Shown: positions 30,168 to 40,217, numbered from the stretch's first letter. The stretch: 64,000 nt of DNA from an uncultured Enterobacteriaceae bacterium (GCA_964565875.1 CAZMGP010000016.1:12269-76268); one strand, 5' to 3'. The notes: generated by a model not told the origin, from the sequence alone. Numbers and translations are program-made.

Positions 30168-31160
30168 ATGGGATGGGAATGCCTGCCGGGCAAAAGACGG
30201 AGAACCCGATTGCTGCTACACGCTGAAAACAAGTTCGCCCAGCGCGACACCTCGATTCACCGCGTCATCGCCAATGCGAGCGAGGTCATACTCGGCAAGG
30301 AGCGGCAGATACGGCTCGCCGTCGCCTGCCTGCTCGCCCGCGGCCACCTGCTCATCGAAGACCTGCCGGGCGTGGGCAAGACTACGCTCGCGCATACGCT
30401 GGCGAAGCTGCTCGGTCTCAACTTCCAGCGCATCTCCTTCACCAGCGACTTGCTGCCGGCGGACATCATCGGCGTATCGGTATTCGACCGCGACGGCGGC
30501 GTGTTCAAATTCCATCCCGGGCCGATCTTCGCGCAGCTGATCCTCGCCGACGAAGTGAACCGCGCCACGCCGAAGACGCAAAGCGCGCTGCTCGAAGCGA
30601 TGGAGGAGCACCAAGTCACCGCGGAGGGCGAGACACGCCCCTTGCCCGAGCCCTTCTTCGTCATCGCCACGCAGAATCCCTCGCACCAGGTCGGCACCTT
30701 CCCGCTGCCCGAATCGCAGCTCGACCGCTTTCTGATGCGTATCGAACTGGGCTATCCCGACCGCGAAGCGGAGCGCGCGCTGCTGCAGAGCGCCGAACGG
30801 CGCAACCTGGTCGCGACGCTGACTTCCTGCCTCGCGCCAGGGGAGCTGATCGAGCTGCAGGCGAACGCCAATCAAGTGCACGCCGCGAACGCCCTGCTCG
30901 ATTATGTCCAGGCCATCGTAGAGTACACGCGGCGCACGCCCGAGTTCGCGAACGGCATGTCGCCGCGCGCGGCGCTCGGCCTGCTGCATGCCGCCAAAGC
31001 CTGGGCCATGCTCGAAGGCCGCGACGCGGTGCTGCCCGAGGACGTGCAGGCCGTGCTCCCCGGTGTCGCCGGCCACCGCTTGATTCCGGCACAGGACGGC
31101 GCACGCAAGCGTGCCTCCGAGATCACCGCAGCCTTGATCGAGGCGGTGTCGATTCCTTGA
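30168..31160 (+). CDS. MoxR-family AAA+ ATPase
   Basis: Walker A DLPGVGKTTLA and Walker B LILADEVNR. A TTG at 30210 (GGAG 7 nt upstream) is a plausible alternative start. Confidence 0.88.
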   Translation: MGWECLPGKRRRTRLLLHAENKFAQRDTSIHRVIANASEVILGKERQIRLAVACLLARGHLLIEDLPGVGKTTLAHTLAKLLGLNFQRISFTSDLLPADIIGVSVFDRDGGVFKFHPGPIFAQLILADEVNRATPKTQSALLEAMEEHQVTAEGETRPLPEPFFVIATQNPSHQVGTFPLPESQLDRFLMRIELGYPDREAERALLQSAERRNLVATLTSCLAPGELIELQANANQVHAANALLDYVQAIVEYTRRTPEFANGMSPRAALGLLHAAKAWAMLEGRDAVLPEDVQAVLPGVAGHRLIPAQDGARKRASEITAALIEAVSIP

Positions 31161-31185
31161 TTCTCCCCCGAGCGCAGGAAATCGC

Positions 31186-32211
31186 ATGCGCCAAGCCCGA
31201 TCGCAGCCGGCAGCCGACCGCGAGTTCTTCTTCAGCCGACGCAGCATGAGGGCCATGCTGCAAAGGCTGCTCGCGCACTCCCAGCTCTACAACATCTTCT
31301 TCGGTCCGCGCCAACCCGAGACCGGTACCATCTTCCTGCGGCAGAACCGCGTCTACATCCTGCCGACGCGCCCGGGGCTCGGTTTCGGCCTCGCCCTGAT
31401 CGTCATGCTGATCGGCTCGATCAACTATAACCTGTCGCTCGGCTACATCCTCACCTTCCAGCTTGCCAGCATGGCGCTGGTGGCGATTCTGCACACTTTC
31501 CGCAACCTGGTGCATCTGTATATTTCGCCCGGCCGGGTCGAACCCGTGTTCGCAGGCGAAACCGCCTGGTTCGAGCTGTTCGTGGAAAACCGCGCAGCCT
31601 ACGACCGCGCCTCGATCGCACTCTGGCACGAGGACAAGGCGACGCCGTGCGACGTGACTGCAAGCGGCGATGCGCGCTTGACGATTCCAGTGAAAACCGA
31701 ACGCCGCGGCTGGCTCGAGCCCGGACGCATAACCGTGGAGACGCGCTTTCCCGTGGGGCTGCTGCGCGCCTGGAGTTATGTGCGGCCCGACATGCGCTGC
31801 CTGGTCTACCCGCGGCCCGACGAAGGCCTGCTGCCCCTGCCCGAGCCCAGCGGCGGCACAGGCGAGAAGCGCGTCAGCGGCGGCGGCAGCGACGATTTTT
31901 CCGGCCTGCGCGCCTATCAACCGGGCGATTCGCCGCGCCACGTCCACTGGCGGGCGGTCGCGAGGGGGCGAGGAATGCAGACCAAGGTTTTCAGCGGCCG
32001 CGCCGCTGCCGAACTGTGGCTGGACTGGAATCTGCTGCCGCCCGGCATGGACGTCGAAGCGAAGCTCGCGCGCCTCACGCGCTGGGTGCTCGCCGCGGAC
32101 GAAGACGGCACGCGCTACGGCCTGCGCCTGCCCGGTCTGGAAATCGCCCCGGATGCCGGTCGGCCGCATCGGCTCGCCTGTCTGAAGGCGCTCGCGCTCC
32201 ATGAGCTCTAA
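31186..32211 (+). CDS. DUF58 (vWA-like) protein, MoxR partner
   Basis: 341 aa. DDFSGLRAYQPGDSPRHVHW is the characteristic DUF58 motif. Follows moxR. Confidence 0.85.
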   Translation: MRQARSQPAADREFFFSRRSMRAMLQRLLAHSQLYNIFFGPRQPETGTIFLRQNRVYILPTRPGLGFGLALIVMLIGSINYNLSLGYILTFQLASMALVAILHTFRNLVHLYISPGRVEPVFAGETAWFELFVENRAAYDRASIALWHEDKATPCDVTASGDARLTIPVKTERRGWLEPGRITVETRFPVGLLRAWSYVRPDMRCLVYPRPDEGLLPLPEPSGGTGEKRVSGGGSDDFSGLRAYQPGDSPRHVHWRAVARGRGMQTKVFSGRAAAELWLDWNLLPPGMDVEAKLARLTRWVLAADEDGTRYGLRLPGLEIAPDAGRPHRLACLKALALHEL

Positions 32212-34144
32212 GCCGAGCATCGCGCTGCGCGACCTGCTGTGGCTGCTCGCGGGCCTCGCACTCGTCGCTGCGCCGCACACGCCGCGCTTGCCCTGGTGGC
32301 TGAACCTGATCGCGGGGATGCTCTTCGCTTGGCGCATCTACCTCGCTTGGGGCGAGCGCGTCCTGCCCAAGAAATGGCTGCTGACCTTGTTCGTCCTCGG
32401 CGGCATGTTCGGCGTCTACTTCACCTATCGCACGATATTCGGGCGCGATTCGGGCGTGGCGCTGCTGGTGCTGTTCCTGTCGCTGAAGCTGATGGAAATG
32501 AGTTCCACGCGCGACGCCATGGTGCTCATCCTGCTCACCTACTTTCTTGCGCTGACGAATTTCTTCTACTCGCAGACGCTGCCCACGGCGGGGCTGATGC
32601 TGGTCTCGGTGCTGGTCAACACCGCGAGCCTGGTGAATTTCGCCGCGCCCAATCGTAGCCTGCGCGCCAACCTGCGCACCGCAGGCCTGCTGCTCGCGCA
32701 GGCCGGACCGGTAATGCTGATCCTGTTCTTTCTGTTTCCACGGGTGCAGGGGCCGCTGTGGGGACTGCCGCAGGATGCCTACAGCGGCGTCACCGGACTG
32801 TCGGACTGGATGGCGCCCGGCGCCATCAGTCGGCTGTCGCAATCCGATGCCATCGCTTTCCGCGTCAAGTTTCAGAAGGACATCCCGCCCAAGACTCAGC
32901 TCTACTGGCGCGGCCCGGTGTTCTGGAACTTCGACGGCCGCACCTGGCGCCCAGGCGCCTTCCGTCCCTTCGGCCAGTTGAAGTTCGAATCCACGGGTGC
33001 AGCTTACGATTACGAGGTCACGCTCGAACCACACAATCACAATTGGTTATTCGCGCTCGATTTGCCGGCGACGGTTCCGCCGAACGCCAACGTCACACCG
33101 GATTACCTGATCCTCGCGCGCCTGCCGGTGCGCAACCGGGTGCGCTACGACATGCGCTCCTACACCAGCTTTACCGAGCGCGGCGCGGACACGCCGGATG
33201 ACCTGCGGCCGGGGCTGCAGCTGCCGCGCGGCTTCAATCCGCGCGCACGCCGCCTCGCCGAAGAGTGGGTGGCCGGCGCGAGTACGGACACCGCCATCGT
33301 GCAGCGCGCCCTGCGCTTCTTCGGCGAAGGGGACTTCGTCTATACCCTGGAGCCGCCACTGCTCGGGCGCGACTCGGTGGACGAATTCCTGTTCGGAACG
33401 AAAAGCGGCTTCTGCGAGCACTATGCCTCCGCCTTCGTCTTCCTCATGCGCGCCGCGGGACTGCCCGCGCGGGTGGTGACCGGTTACCAGGGCGGCGAGA
33501 TCAATCCCGTCGACCAATACCTGATCGTGCGCCAGTCGGACGCTCATGCCTGGGCGGAAGTCTGGCTGAAAGGCCGCGGCTGGGTGCGCTTCGACCCCAC
33601 CGCCGCCGCTTCGCCGGTACGCGTGGAATCCGGCGTCGCCGCGGCGGTGCCCGCGACCGACCCTCTGCCTTTGATGGCGCGCACTACGCTCGCCTGGCTG
33701 CGCGAAGCGCGCTACAACTGGGACGCGCTCGCCAACAAATGGAATCAGCTGGTGCTCGGCTACAACCCCGAGCGGCAGCGCGAGTTCCTCACCTACATGG
33801 GCATGCACGAGCCGAGCTGGGAGAACATGGCGCTGATACTGTTCTGGGGCATCGGCGGCCTGCTCGCGCTGCTCACCGCCTGGCTGCTGCGGCGCATACG
33901 CTCGATCGATCCGGCGCAGCGCGTGTGGCTCGCCTTCTGCGCCAAGCTGGGAAGGAAGGGCAGTCCGCGCGCCGCGTACGAAGGCCCGGCGGATTTCGTC
34001 GAACGCTCGGCGCGAAGATTCCCCGCCAGGGCGGAGCAGATACGCGCCATCGGCGAGCGCTACGTCAAGCTGCGCTATGGCGAACTCGCCGACCCGCGCC
34101 TGCTATCCGAGCTGCGCGCGCTGGTACGGGGCTTGCGGCTATGA
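32201..34144 (+). CDS. Transglutaminase-domain membrane protein (TgpA-like)
   Basis: 647 aa with N-terminal multi-TM region and transglutaminase core GFCEHYASAFVFLMRAAGLPARVVTGY. Confidence 0.85.
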   Translation: MSSKPSIALRDLLWLLAGLALVAAPHTPRLPWWLNLIAGMLFAWRIYLAWGERVLPKKWLLTLFVLGGMFGVYFTYRTIFGRDSGVALLVLFLSLKLMEMSSTRDAMVLILLTYFLALTNFFYSQTLPTAGLMLVSVLVNTASLVNFAAPNRSLRANLRTAGLLLAQAGPVMLILFFLFPRVQGPLWGLPQDAYSGVTGLSDWMAPGAISRLSQSDAIAFRVKFQKDIPPKTQLYWRGPVFWNFDGRTWRPGAFRPFGQLKFESTGAAYDYEVTLEPHNHNWLFALDLPATVPPNANVTPDYLILARLPVRNRVRYDMRSYTSFTERGADTPDDLRPGLQLPRGFNPRARRLAEEWVAGASTDTAIVQRALRFFGEGDFVYTLEPPLLGRDSVDEFLFGTKSGFCEHYASAFVFLMRAAGLPARVVTGYQGGEINPVDQYLIVRQSDAHAWAEVWLKGRGWVRFDPTAAASPVRVESGVAAAVPATDPLPLMARTTLAWLREARYNWDALANKWNQLVLGYNPERQREFLTYMGMHEPSWENMALILFWGIGGLLALLTAWLLRRIRSIDPAQRVWLAFCAKLGRKGSPRAAYEGPADFVERSARRFPARAEQIRAIGERYVKLRYGELADPRLLSELRALVRGLRL

Positions 34145-35205
34145 GCGTGCCGAAGCGCTCGAAGCTTCGATCCGACGGAATCGGCAAGCCGCACGGCCGG
34201 CTGCTGCGCTTGCTTTGCGCGCTCTGCCTGGCACTCGGCATCGCCGCGCCGGTGCCGGCAGCGAGTTCCTATGAGCGGCGCGCAGAGGTGCGCCAATTCA
34301 TCGCCGAAATGGTCGAGCGCCACGGCTTCGTCAAGCGCGAGTTGCAGACGCTATTCAGCCGCGCGCGCTTTCAGCCCGCCATCATCAAGGCGATCACCCC
34401 GCCCAGCGTGCCGCGCGCCAGGTCGTGGCAGGCCTACCGCGCGCTGTTCCTCACGCGCGAGCGCATCGACGCCGGCGTCGCGTTCCGCGAGAAGCAACGC
34501 GAGGCGCTGGCGCGGGCGAGCGAACTCTACGGCGTACCCGAGGAAATCATCGTCGCCATCATCGGCGTGGAAACCGTCTACGGCCGCAACACCGGCAGCT
34601 ACCGCGTCATCGACGCGCTTTCCACCCTCGCCTTCGACTATCCGCCGCGCGCCGAATTCTTCCGCGGCGAGTTGGAGAATTTTCTGCTGTATGCGCGCGA
34701 CGCGGATATCGACGTGCTCAGCGCCAAAGGTTCCTACGCCGGCGCCATCGGCATTCCCCAGTTCATGCCCGGCAGCTATCGGCGCTACGCCGTCGACATG
34801 GACGGCGACGGCAGGCAGGATCTGTTCGGCAGCTATGCCGATGCGATCGGCAGCGTCGCCAATTTTCTCAAGCAGCACGGCTGGCAGACCGGGCAGCCGG
34901 TCGCCTTTGCGGCGCGCGTGCAGGGCGAGCAATACCGCAAGCTGATCGATGCCGGAATCAAGCCGACTTACCGTTTTTCCGACTTGGGCGAATTCGGCGT
35001 GCGCGCCGAGGGCGAAGCGGCGGCCGAGGAGCCCTGCGCGCTGATCGAGCTTGCCACGCCCGACGAGTCAAGCGAATACCTGGTCGGGCTGGAGAATTTC
35101 TATGTGATCACGCGCTACAATCGCTCCAGCCACTACGCCGCCGCGGTGCTCGAACTGGCGCAGGCCTTGAAATCGGCTTTCCCTTCCAACGGAACCACCC
35201 AATGA
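34141..35205 (+). CDS. mltB: Lytic murein transglycosylase B
   Basis: ATG at 34141 overlaps the upstream stop (ATGA). Signal peptide; EIIVAIIGVETVYG and GAIGIPQFMP motifs. Confidence 0.86.
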   Translation: MSVPKRSKLRSDGIGKPHGRLLRLLCALCLALGIAAPVPAASSYERRAEVRQFIAEMVERHGFVKRELQTLFSRARFQPAIIKAITPPSVPRARSWQAYRALFLTRERIDAGVAFREKQREALARASELYGVPEEIIVAIIGVETVYGRNTGSYRVIDALSTLAFDYPPRAEFFRGELENFLLYARDADIDVLSAKGSYAGAIGIPQFMPGSYRRYAVDMDGDGRQDLFGSYADAIGSVANFLKQHGWQTGQPVAFAARVQGEQYRKLIDAGIKPTYRFSDLGEFGVRAEGEAAAEEPCALIELATPDESSEYLVGLENFYVITRYNRSSHYAAAVLELAQALKSAFPSNGTTQ

Positions 35206-35696
35206 ACAGTCGAGCGATTTCGATCCGACAGGCGACGCGTGCAGACGTGCCGCTCGTGCTCCAGTTCGTCAAGGGTCTCGCCGAATACGAGAAACTCACG
35301 CATCTGCTCGAGGCGACCGAGGACATGCTCGCCGAGGAGTTGTTCGGCCCGAAAAGCCACACCGAAGTGCTGCTTGGCCATGCCGGCGCCGAGTCGGTGG
35401 GCTTCGCGGTGTACTTCCACAACTTCTCCACCTTTCTCGGCAGGAAGGGCCTGTACCTGGAGGACCTGTACGTGCGGCCCGAGCATCGGCGCCGCGGCTA
35501 CGGCCGGGCCCTGCTGCTGGAAGTCGCGCGCATCGCCGCCGCGCGCAACTGCGGCCGCCTGGAATGGTCCGTGCTCGATTGGAACGAGCCGGCGATCTTC
35601 TTCTACGAGCAGCTCGGTGCGACCATCATGCACGAGTGGAAGCTGGTGCGCGTCACCGGCGCCGCACTGGATAGGCTGGCGCAGACGAAAGGCTAG
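35202..35696 (+). CDS. GNAT-family N-acetyltransferase
   Basis: ATG at 35202 overlaps the mltB stop (ATGA). 164 aa with acetyl-CoA motif RRRGYGRALL. Confidence 0.85.
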   Translation: MNSRAISIRQATRADVPLVLQFVKGLAEYEKLTHLLEATEDMLAEELFGPKSHTEVLLGHAGAESVGFAVYFHNFSTFLGRKGLYLEDLYVRPEHRRRGYGRALLLEVARIAAARNCGRLEWSVLDWNEPAIFFYEQLGATIMHEWKLVRVTGAALDRLAQTKG

Positions 35697-35719
35697 CGCC
35701 TCGGCAGCGGCACCTCCGC

Positions 35720-36613
35720 TCAGGCGGCGGGCGCCTCTAATTGCGCCAAGGCGCGCCGGATGTCCTCGACCGCCTCGGGTTTCAGCGGCTCCTGCGGCGC
35801 GATGGCATCGCCGACGTCGAAGCCCTGCAGCATGAGCGCGGTCTTGATGCAGGCGGCGAGCGCATATTTGGCGAACACCTCGTTGATCGCCCATTGGCGG
35901 CGCTGCTCCGCGAACGCCTCGTCCCATTTCCCCGCGCGGGCAAGTTCGTATAGGCGCACGCACTCCCGCGGCATGACGCAGCCGGGTCCCGCCATCCAGC
36001 CGACGCCACCGAGCTTCAACACCAAGAGCGGAATGTGCGCCGAAGCGCTGAAGACCTTGATCCGCTCGCCCATGCGGTTGAGCAGGCTGAGGATGCGGCC
36101 GGTGTTCCCGGACGCGTCCTTCACGTATTCGATATTGGGCAGGTGCGACAGCGCATCGAGCACGTCCATCGGAATGTCGCCGCCGAGCAGTCCCGGGTTG
36201 GTGTAGAGCGTCATCGAACTCTGCGGCAGCGACTCGGCGACCGCGGCGAAATAGCGCTCGATCGCCCGCGGCGGCAGCGGAAACATCTGCTGCAGGATGA
36301 GGATCATCCCTTGCGCGCCGAACTCGGCATAGGCCTCGGCCTGCCTCAGCGCATCGGCGGTGGAAAACGCCGCGACGCCGGCGAGCACCGGCACGCGCTG
36401 CGCCGCGGCATCGATCACGATGCGCACGATTTCGCGCCGCTGCTCGAACGACAGATAGGCGAACTCGCCGGTGCTGCCCAAGGGGCTAAAGCCGTGCACG
36501 CCGCAGGCGATGAGATGCTCGACCAGGTCGCGCAGCACGCGCTCGCGCACGCGTCCGGTCGCCGCATCGATGGGGGATACGAGATAGGGGAAGATGCCGC
36601 GGAAGTCCGTCAT
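35720..36613 (-). CDS. Dihydrodipicolinate synthase-family (class I aldolase) protein
   Basis: Internal ATG at 36613, 297 aa. GSTGEF motif and YVKDASG (Schiff-base Lys context). Confidence 0.83.
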   Translation of the reverse strand: MTDFRGIFPYLVSPIDAATGRVRERVLRDLVEHLIACGVHGFSPLGSTGEFAYLSFEQRREIVRIVIDAAAQRVPVLAGVAAFSTADALRQAEAYAEFGAQGMILILQQMFPLPPRAIERYFAAVAESLPQSSMTLYTNPGLLGGDIPMDVLDALSHLPNIEYVKDASGNTGRILSLLNRMGERIKVFSASAHIPLLVLKLGGVGWMAGPGCVMPRECVRLYELARAGKWDEAFAEQRRQWAINEVFAKYALAACIKTALMLQGFDVGDAIAPQEPLKPEAVEDIRRALAQLEAPAA

Positions 36614-36745
36614 GGAATCGATCGCCGTGTGTGGGTCGACGCGAATGATAGCGTGCTTTGGCTCGCGACAATTGCGCGCGAGCGCGCTTGCAACTTGGCG
36701 CGCGCGCAGCGACAATCGCCTTCTCTTTCGACAAAGCACCACAGC

Positions 36746-37246
36746 ATGAACAGCAGCAAGCCGCGCGGCCCGCGCATCGTCGTGCGCCGCTCCGGGATCC
36801 ACGGCCGCGGCGTCTTCGCCCGTCGCGCGATCCGCGAGGATGAAACCGTGTGCGAATACAAGGGCGAGATCATCAGCGAAGCCGAGGTCGCCCGCCGCTA
36901 TCCTGAAGACATGCACGGTCTGAACCACACCTTCGTCTTCGGCGTGGCGCACGATCACAACATCGACGGCGGCAGCAAAGGCAACATCGCCCGCTGGATC
37001 AACCATTCCTGCGGGCCCAATTGCGACACCTACGAGAAGGACAAGCGCATTTTCATCCGCGCGATCCGCGACATCCGCGCGGGAGAAGAGCTCAGCTACG
37101 ATTACGCCATCGAGGCGGGCGAGCGCATCACCAAGGAGGTGAAGTCGCGCTGGCCCTGCTGGTGCGGCGCCAAACGCTGCCGCGGAACGGTGCTGGTGCC
37201 GACGCCGAAGCCGCGCAAGAAGAAGGCAAAGCGGCGCAGCCGCTGA
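36746..37246 (+). CDS. SET-domain protein-lysine methyltransferase-like protein
   Basis: Internal ATG at 36746, 166 aa. SET signatures GRGVFA, INHSCGPNC and ELSYDY, a post-SET-like CWCGAKRCRG, and a Lys/Arg-rich tail. Confidence 0.85.
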   Translation: MNSSKPRGPRIVVRRSGIHGRGVFARRAIREDETVCEYKGEIISEAEVARRYPEDMHGLNHTFVFGVAHDHNIDGGSKGNIARWINHSCGPNCDTYEKDKRIFIRAIRDIRAGEELSYDYAIEAGERITKEVKSRWPCWCGAKRCRGTVLVPTPKPRKKKAKRRSR

Positions 37247-37255
37247 AGCTTGCCT

Positions 37256-37873
37256 TCAGTCCACGACGCGGTAGAGCCAAGGCCGCTCGCCGCGATCGCG
37301 CGCGGCAAAAGCATCGATAGCCGCGGCGTGCATGAGCGTCTCACCGACGGCATCGAGCCCCTCGAGCAGCATGTGCTTGCGCTGCGCTTCGATGTCGAAC
37401 GCGTAGGTTCTTCCCTCTGCCGTCGTCACGCGCTGCCGCTCCAAGTCGATTGCGATCTCGCGCGCCTCTGCCCGAACCGCCGCGGCGATTTCATCGACCG
37501 TGGCGGCAGACAATCGAATCGGCAGCAGACCGTTCTGGAAGCAGTTGCCATAGAAGATGTCGCCGAACGAGGGCGCGATGACGCTGCGTACGCCCAGGTC
37601 CCACAGCGCCCACACCGCGGTTTCGCGTGAGCTGCCGCAGCCGAAGTTTTCGCCCGCAAGCAGAATCTTCGCGCCGCGCCACGGCGCCTGGTTGAGCACG
37701 AACTGGGGATTCTCGCTGCCGTCGGGAAGATAGCGCAGCGACTCGAACGCCCAGGGGCCGAATTCGCCGCGATCGAGCCGCGCCAGCCGCTCCATGCGGA
37801 TGATGCAGTCGGTGTCCACGTTGGCGAGCATCAGAGGCGCCGCCACCGCGCGCAGTTCGGTGAATTTATCCAT
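37256..37873 (-). CDS. Aconitase-family dehydratase small subunit (LeuD-like)
   Basis: 205 aa with GENFGCGSSRE motif, downstream of the large subunit. Confidence 0.85.
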   Translation of the reverse strand: MDKFTELRAVAAPLMLANVDTDCIIRMERLARLDRGEFGPWAFESLRYLPDGSENPQFVLNQAPWRGAKILLAGENFGCGSSRETAVWALWDLGVRSVIAPSFGDIFYGNCFQNGLLPIRLSAATVDEIAAAVRAEAREIAIDLERQRVTTAEGRTYAFDIEAQRKHMLLEGLDAVGETLMHAAAIDAFAARDRGERPWLYRVVD

Positions 37874-37914
37874 GTGCGATTCCTTGCGCGGTATTCACGG
37901 GCGAAGGCCCCCGA

Positions 37915-39321
37915 TCAAAATGTGCGGGCATCGACGATCTCTCCCGCCAAGGCCGCGGCAGCGACCATGGTCGGACTCGCGAGGTGGGTGCGCGCACGCG
38001 GCCCCTGTCGCCCGACGAAGTTGCGGTTGGAGGTGGACATGCAGCGCTCGAGCGGAGCGATGACCTCGCCATTCGACCCCGCGCACAAGGCACAGCCCGG
38101 CTCGCGCCAATCGAAACCGGCCGCGCGAAAGATGCCGTCCAGTCCTTCCGCTTCGGCCTCGCGTTTGATGCGCTGCGAGCCCGGCACCACCCAGGCGCGC
38201 ACGTGCGGCGCCACGCGGCCGCCCGAGCGCCGCACCAACTCCGCCGCGCGGCGCAGGTCGCCGAGGCGCGCGTTGGTGCAGGAACCGATGAAGGCGCGAT
38301 CGATGCGTGTGCCGGCGATGGGCGCATTTGCTGCGAGCCCCATGTATTCGAGCGCGGTCTGCAAGGCGGCGCGCCGGCGCGGATCGCTTGCGGCAGCGGG
38401 ATCGGGCACGCGAGCATCCACGCCGACGACGTCCTGCGGGCTCGTGCCCCAGGTAAGCTGCGGCTGCACCCGCGACGCATCGACTTCGAGCTCGCGCTCG
38501 AAGCGCGCGTCGGAATCGGTCGCTAGCGTCTGCCAGTAGGCCTGCGCCGCATCCCAATCACCGCCGGAAGGCGCATAGCGCCTGCCGGCAAGCCAGGCAT
38601 AGGTGCGTTCGTCGGGTGCGATCACGCCGACCTTGGCGCCCCATTCGATCGACAGATTGCACAGCGTCATCCGCCCTTCCAGGTCCATGTCGCGGATGGC
38701 GGAACCGGCATATTCCACGGCATAGCCGGTGCCGGCGGCAACGCCTTCGCGGCCGATGAGATAAAGGATGAGATCCTTGGCCTCGACACCGGCGCCGCGG
38801 CGGCCGCTGAATACGACGCGCATGCGCCGCGGCCGCTTCTGCACGATGGCGTGGGTCGCGAGCACGTGCACGAGCTCGGAGGCGCCGACGCCCCAGGCGA
38901 GCGCGCCCAGCGCCCCATGGGTGCTGGTGTGGCTGTCGCCGCAGAGCAGCAGCGTGCCGGGCTGCGTCAGCCCGAGCTCGGGACCGACCACGTGCACGAT
39001 GCCCTGCTCGGGCTCGTTGACGTCGAACAGGCGGATACCCCACTTGCGGCAATTCGCGCGCATGCCGTCGATGAGCGCATTGCTCCAGTCGGAATTGCCG
39101 CCGCTGCGCCCGGGCGCCGAGGACACCAGGTGATCGGGCACCGCGAATACTGAGCTGGGATCGCGCACGCTCAAGCCGCGCCGGCCGATTTCCTTCAAGG
39201 CGCTGCGGCCTGACATGTCGTGCAGCAGCAGCCGATCGACGTAAAGCAGCGACGTCCCGTCGCCCAGTTCGGCAACGGCGTGTGCGTCCCAAAGCTTGTC
39301 GAATAGCGTACGCGCCGGCAT
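37915..39321 (-). CDS. Aconitase-family dehydratase large subunit (LeuC-like, divergent)
   Basis: 468 aa with cluster ligand contexts CGDSHTS, IGSCTNARL and PGCALCAG. The N-terminal substrate region (LLHDMSGRSAL) differs from canonical LeuC as I recall it. Confidence 0.85.
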   Translation of the reverse strand: MPARTLFDKLWDAHAVAELGDGTSLLYVDRLLLHDMSGRSALKEIGRRGLSVRDPSSVFAVPDHLVSSAPGRSGGNSDWSNALIDGMRANCRKWGIRLFDVNEPEQGIVHVVGPELGLTQPGTLLLCGDSHTSTHGALGALAWGVGASELVHVLATHAIVQKRPRRMRVVFSGRRGAGVEAKDLILYLIGREGVAAGTGYAVEYAGSAIRDMDLEGRMTLCNLSIEWGAKVGVIAPDERTYAWLAGRRYAPSGGDWDAAQAYWQTLATDSDARFERELEVDASRVQPQLTWGTSPQDVVGVDARVPDPAAASDPRRRAALQTALEYMGLAANAPIAGTRIDRAFIGSCTNARLGDLRRAAELVRRSGGRVAPHVRAWVVPGSQRIKREAEAEGLDGIFRAAGFDWREPGCALCAGSNGEVIAPLERCMSTSNRNFVGRQGPRARTHLASPTMVAAAALAGEIVDARTF

Positions 39322-39478
39322 GGAAGCGCCTTTTTACCGCAAACCCAGAGGCGGCGCAAAGCCCCGGGGCCCCAACTACGCCGACGGCCATTGCGCGCTG
39401 CGGATTGACCATGCGCACGCCACGAGGTCTAATAGGCGCCCCTAACGGCGCGCGAGAAGACTAACTCCCCAGCGTCCG

Positions 39479-40195
39479 ATGAACGCTCCAGCGCAGCGCG
39501 TGCGGCAGTTCCGCTACTTCGATTTGGTCCTCGCGGCCTTCGTCGTGGTGCTGCTTTGTTCGGACCTCATCGGCCCGGCGAAGATCGCCCAGGTGAACCT
39601 GCCGGCGATCGGCACGGTGAATTTCGGCGCCGGGGTGCTGTTCTTTCCGATTTCCTACGTATTCGGCGACATACTCACCGAAGTCTACGGTTATGCCCGC
39701 GCACGCAAAGTCATTTGGGCAGGCTTCGCCGGACTCGGCTTTGCCTCGTTCATGGCGGCGGTGGTGGTGGCGCTGCCGCCTGCTCCCTTCTGGCACAACC
39801 AGGCGGCGTACGAGACGGCGTTCGGCTCCACTTGGCGCATCGTCGCCGCTTCGATGTCGGCCTACTTCTGCGGCGAATTCGTCAACTCCTACGTGCTCGC
39901 GAAGATGAAGATCATGACTGCGGGCAAATGGCTGTGGACCCGCACCATAGGCTCCACGCTGTTCGGCGAAGCGGTGGATTCGACTCTGTTCTACCCCCTG
40001 GCGTTCTACGGCTCGGGCATCATCCCCGACGACAAGCTGCCCTTGGTCATGGCCTCGCAATTCGTCGCCAAGGTCGGGGTCGAAGTGCTGTTCACGCCGC
40101 TCACCTACAAGCTGGTTGCCGCTTTGAAGCGCGCAGAACAGGAGGACTACTACGATCGCGACACCAATTTCAGCCCCTTCACTCTCGAAGCCTGA
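39479..40195 (+). CDS. yhhQ: Queuosine-precursor transporter (YhhQ/DUF165 family)
   Basis: 238 aa multi-TM protein with FPISYVFGDILTEVYGY motif. Confidence 0.83.
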   Translation: MNAPAQRVRQFRYFDLVLAAFVVVLLCSDLIGPAKIAQVNLPAIGTVNFGAGVLFFPISYVFGDILTEVYGYARARKVIWAGFAGLGFASFMAAVVVALPPAPFWHNQAAYETAFGSTWRIVAASMSAYFCGEFVNSYVLAKMKIMTAGKWLWTRTIGSTLFGEAVDSTLFYPLAFYGSGIIPDDKLPLVMASQFVAKVGVEVLFTPLTYKLVAALKRAEQEDYYDRDTNFSPFTLEA

Positions 40196-40217
40196 GCGGC
40201 GCGCGAACTGGCGCTTT

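Noticed and set aside
39322-39478. Possible preQ1 riboswitch upstream of yhhQ (tail ...GAGAAGACUAAC resembles the AAAAAACUAA tail of preQ1-I)
   Set aside because: The only adjacent hairpin (GCGCC/GGCGC) has a 6-nt loop (CCUAAC). That loop cannot supply the pseudoknot strand complementary to the tail, and 13 extra nucleotides separate stem and tail. A covariance-model scan would be needed to revive the idea.
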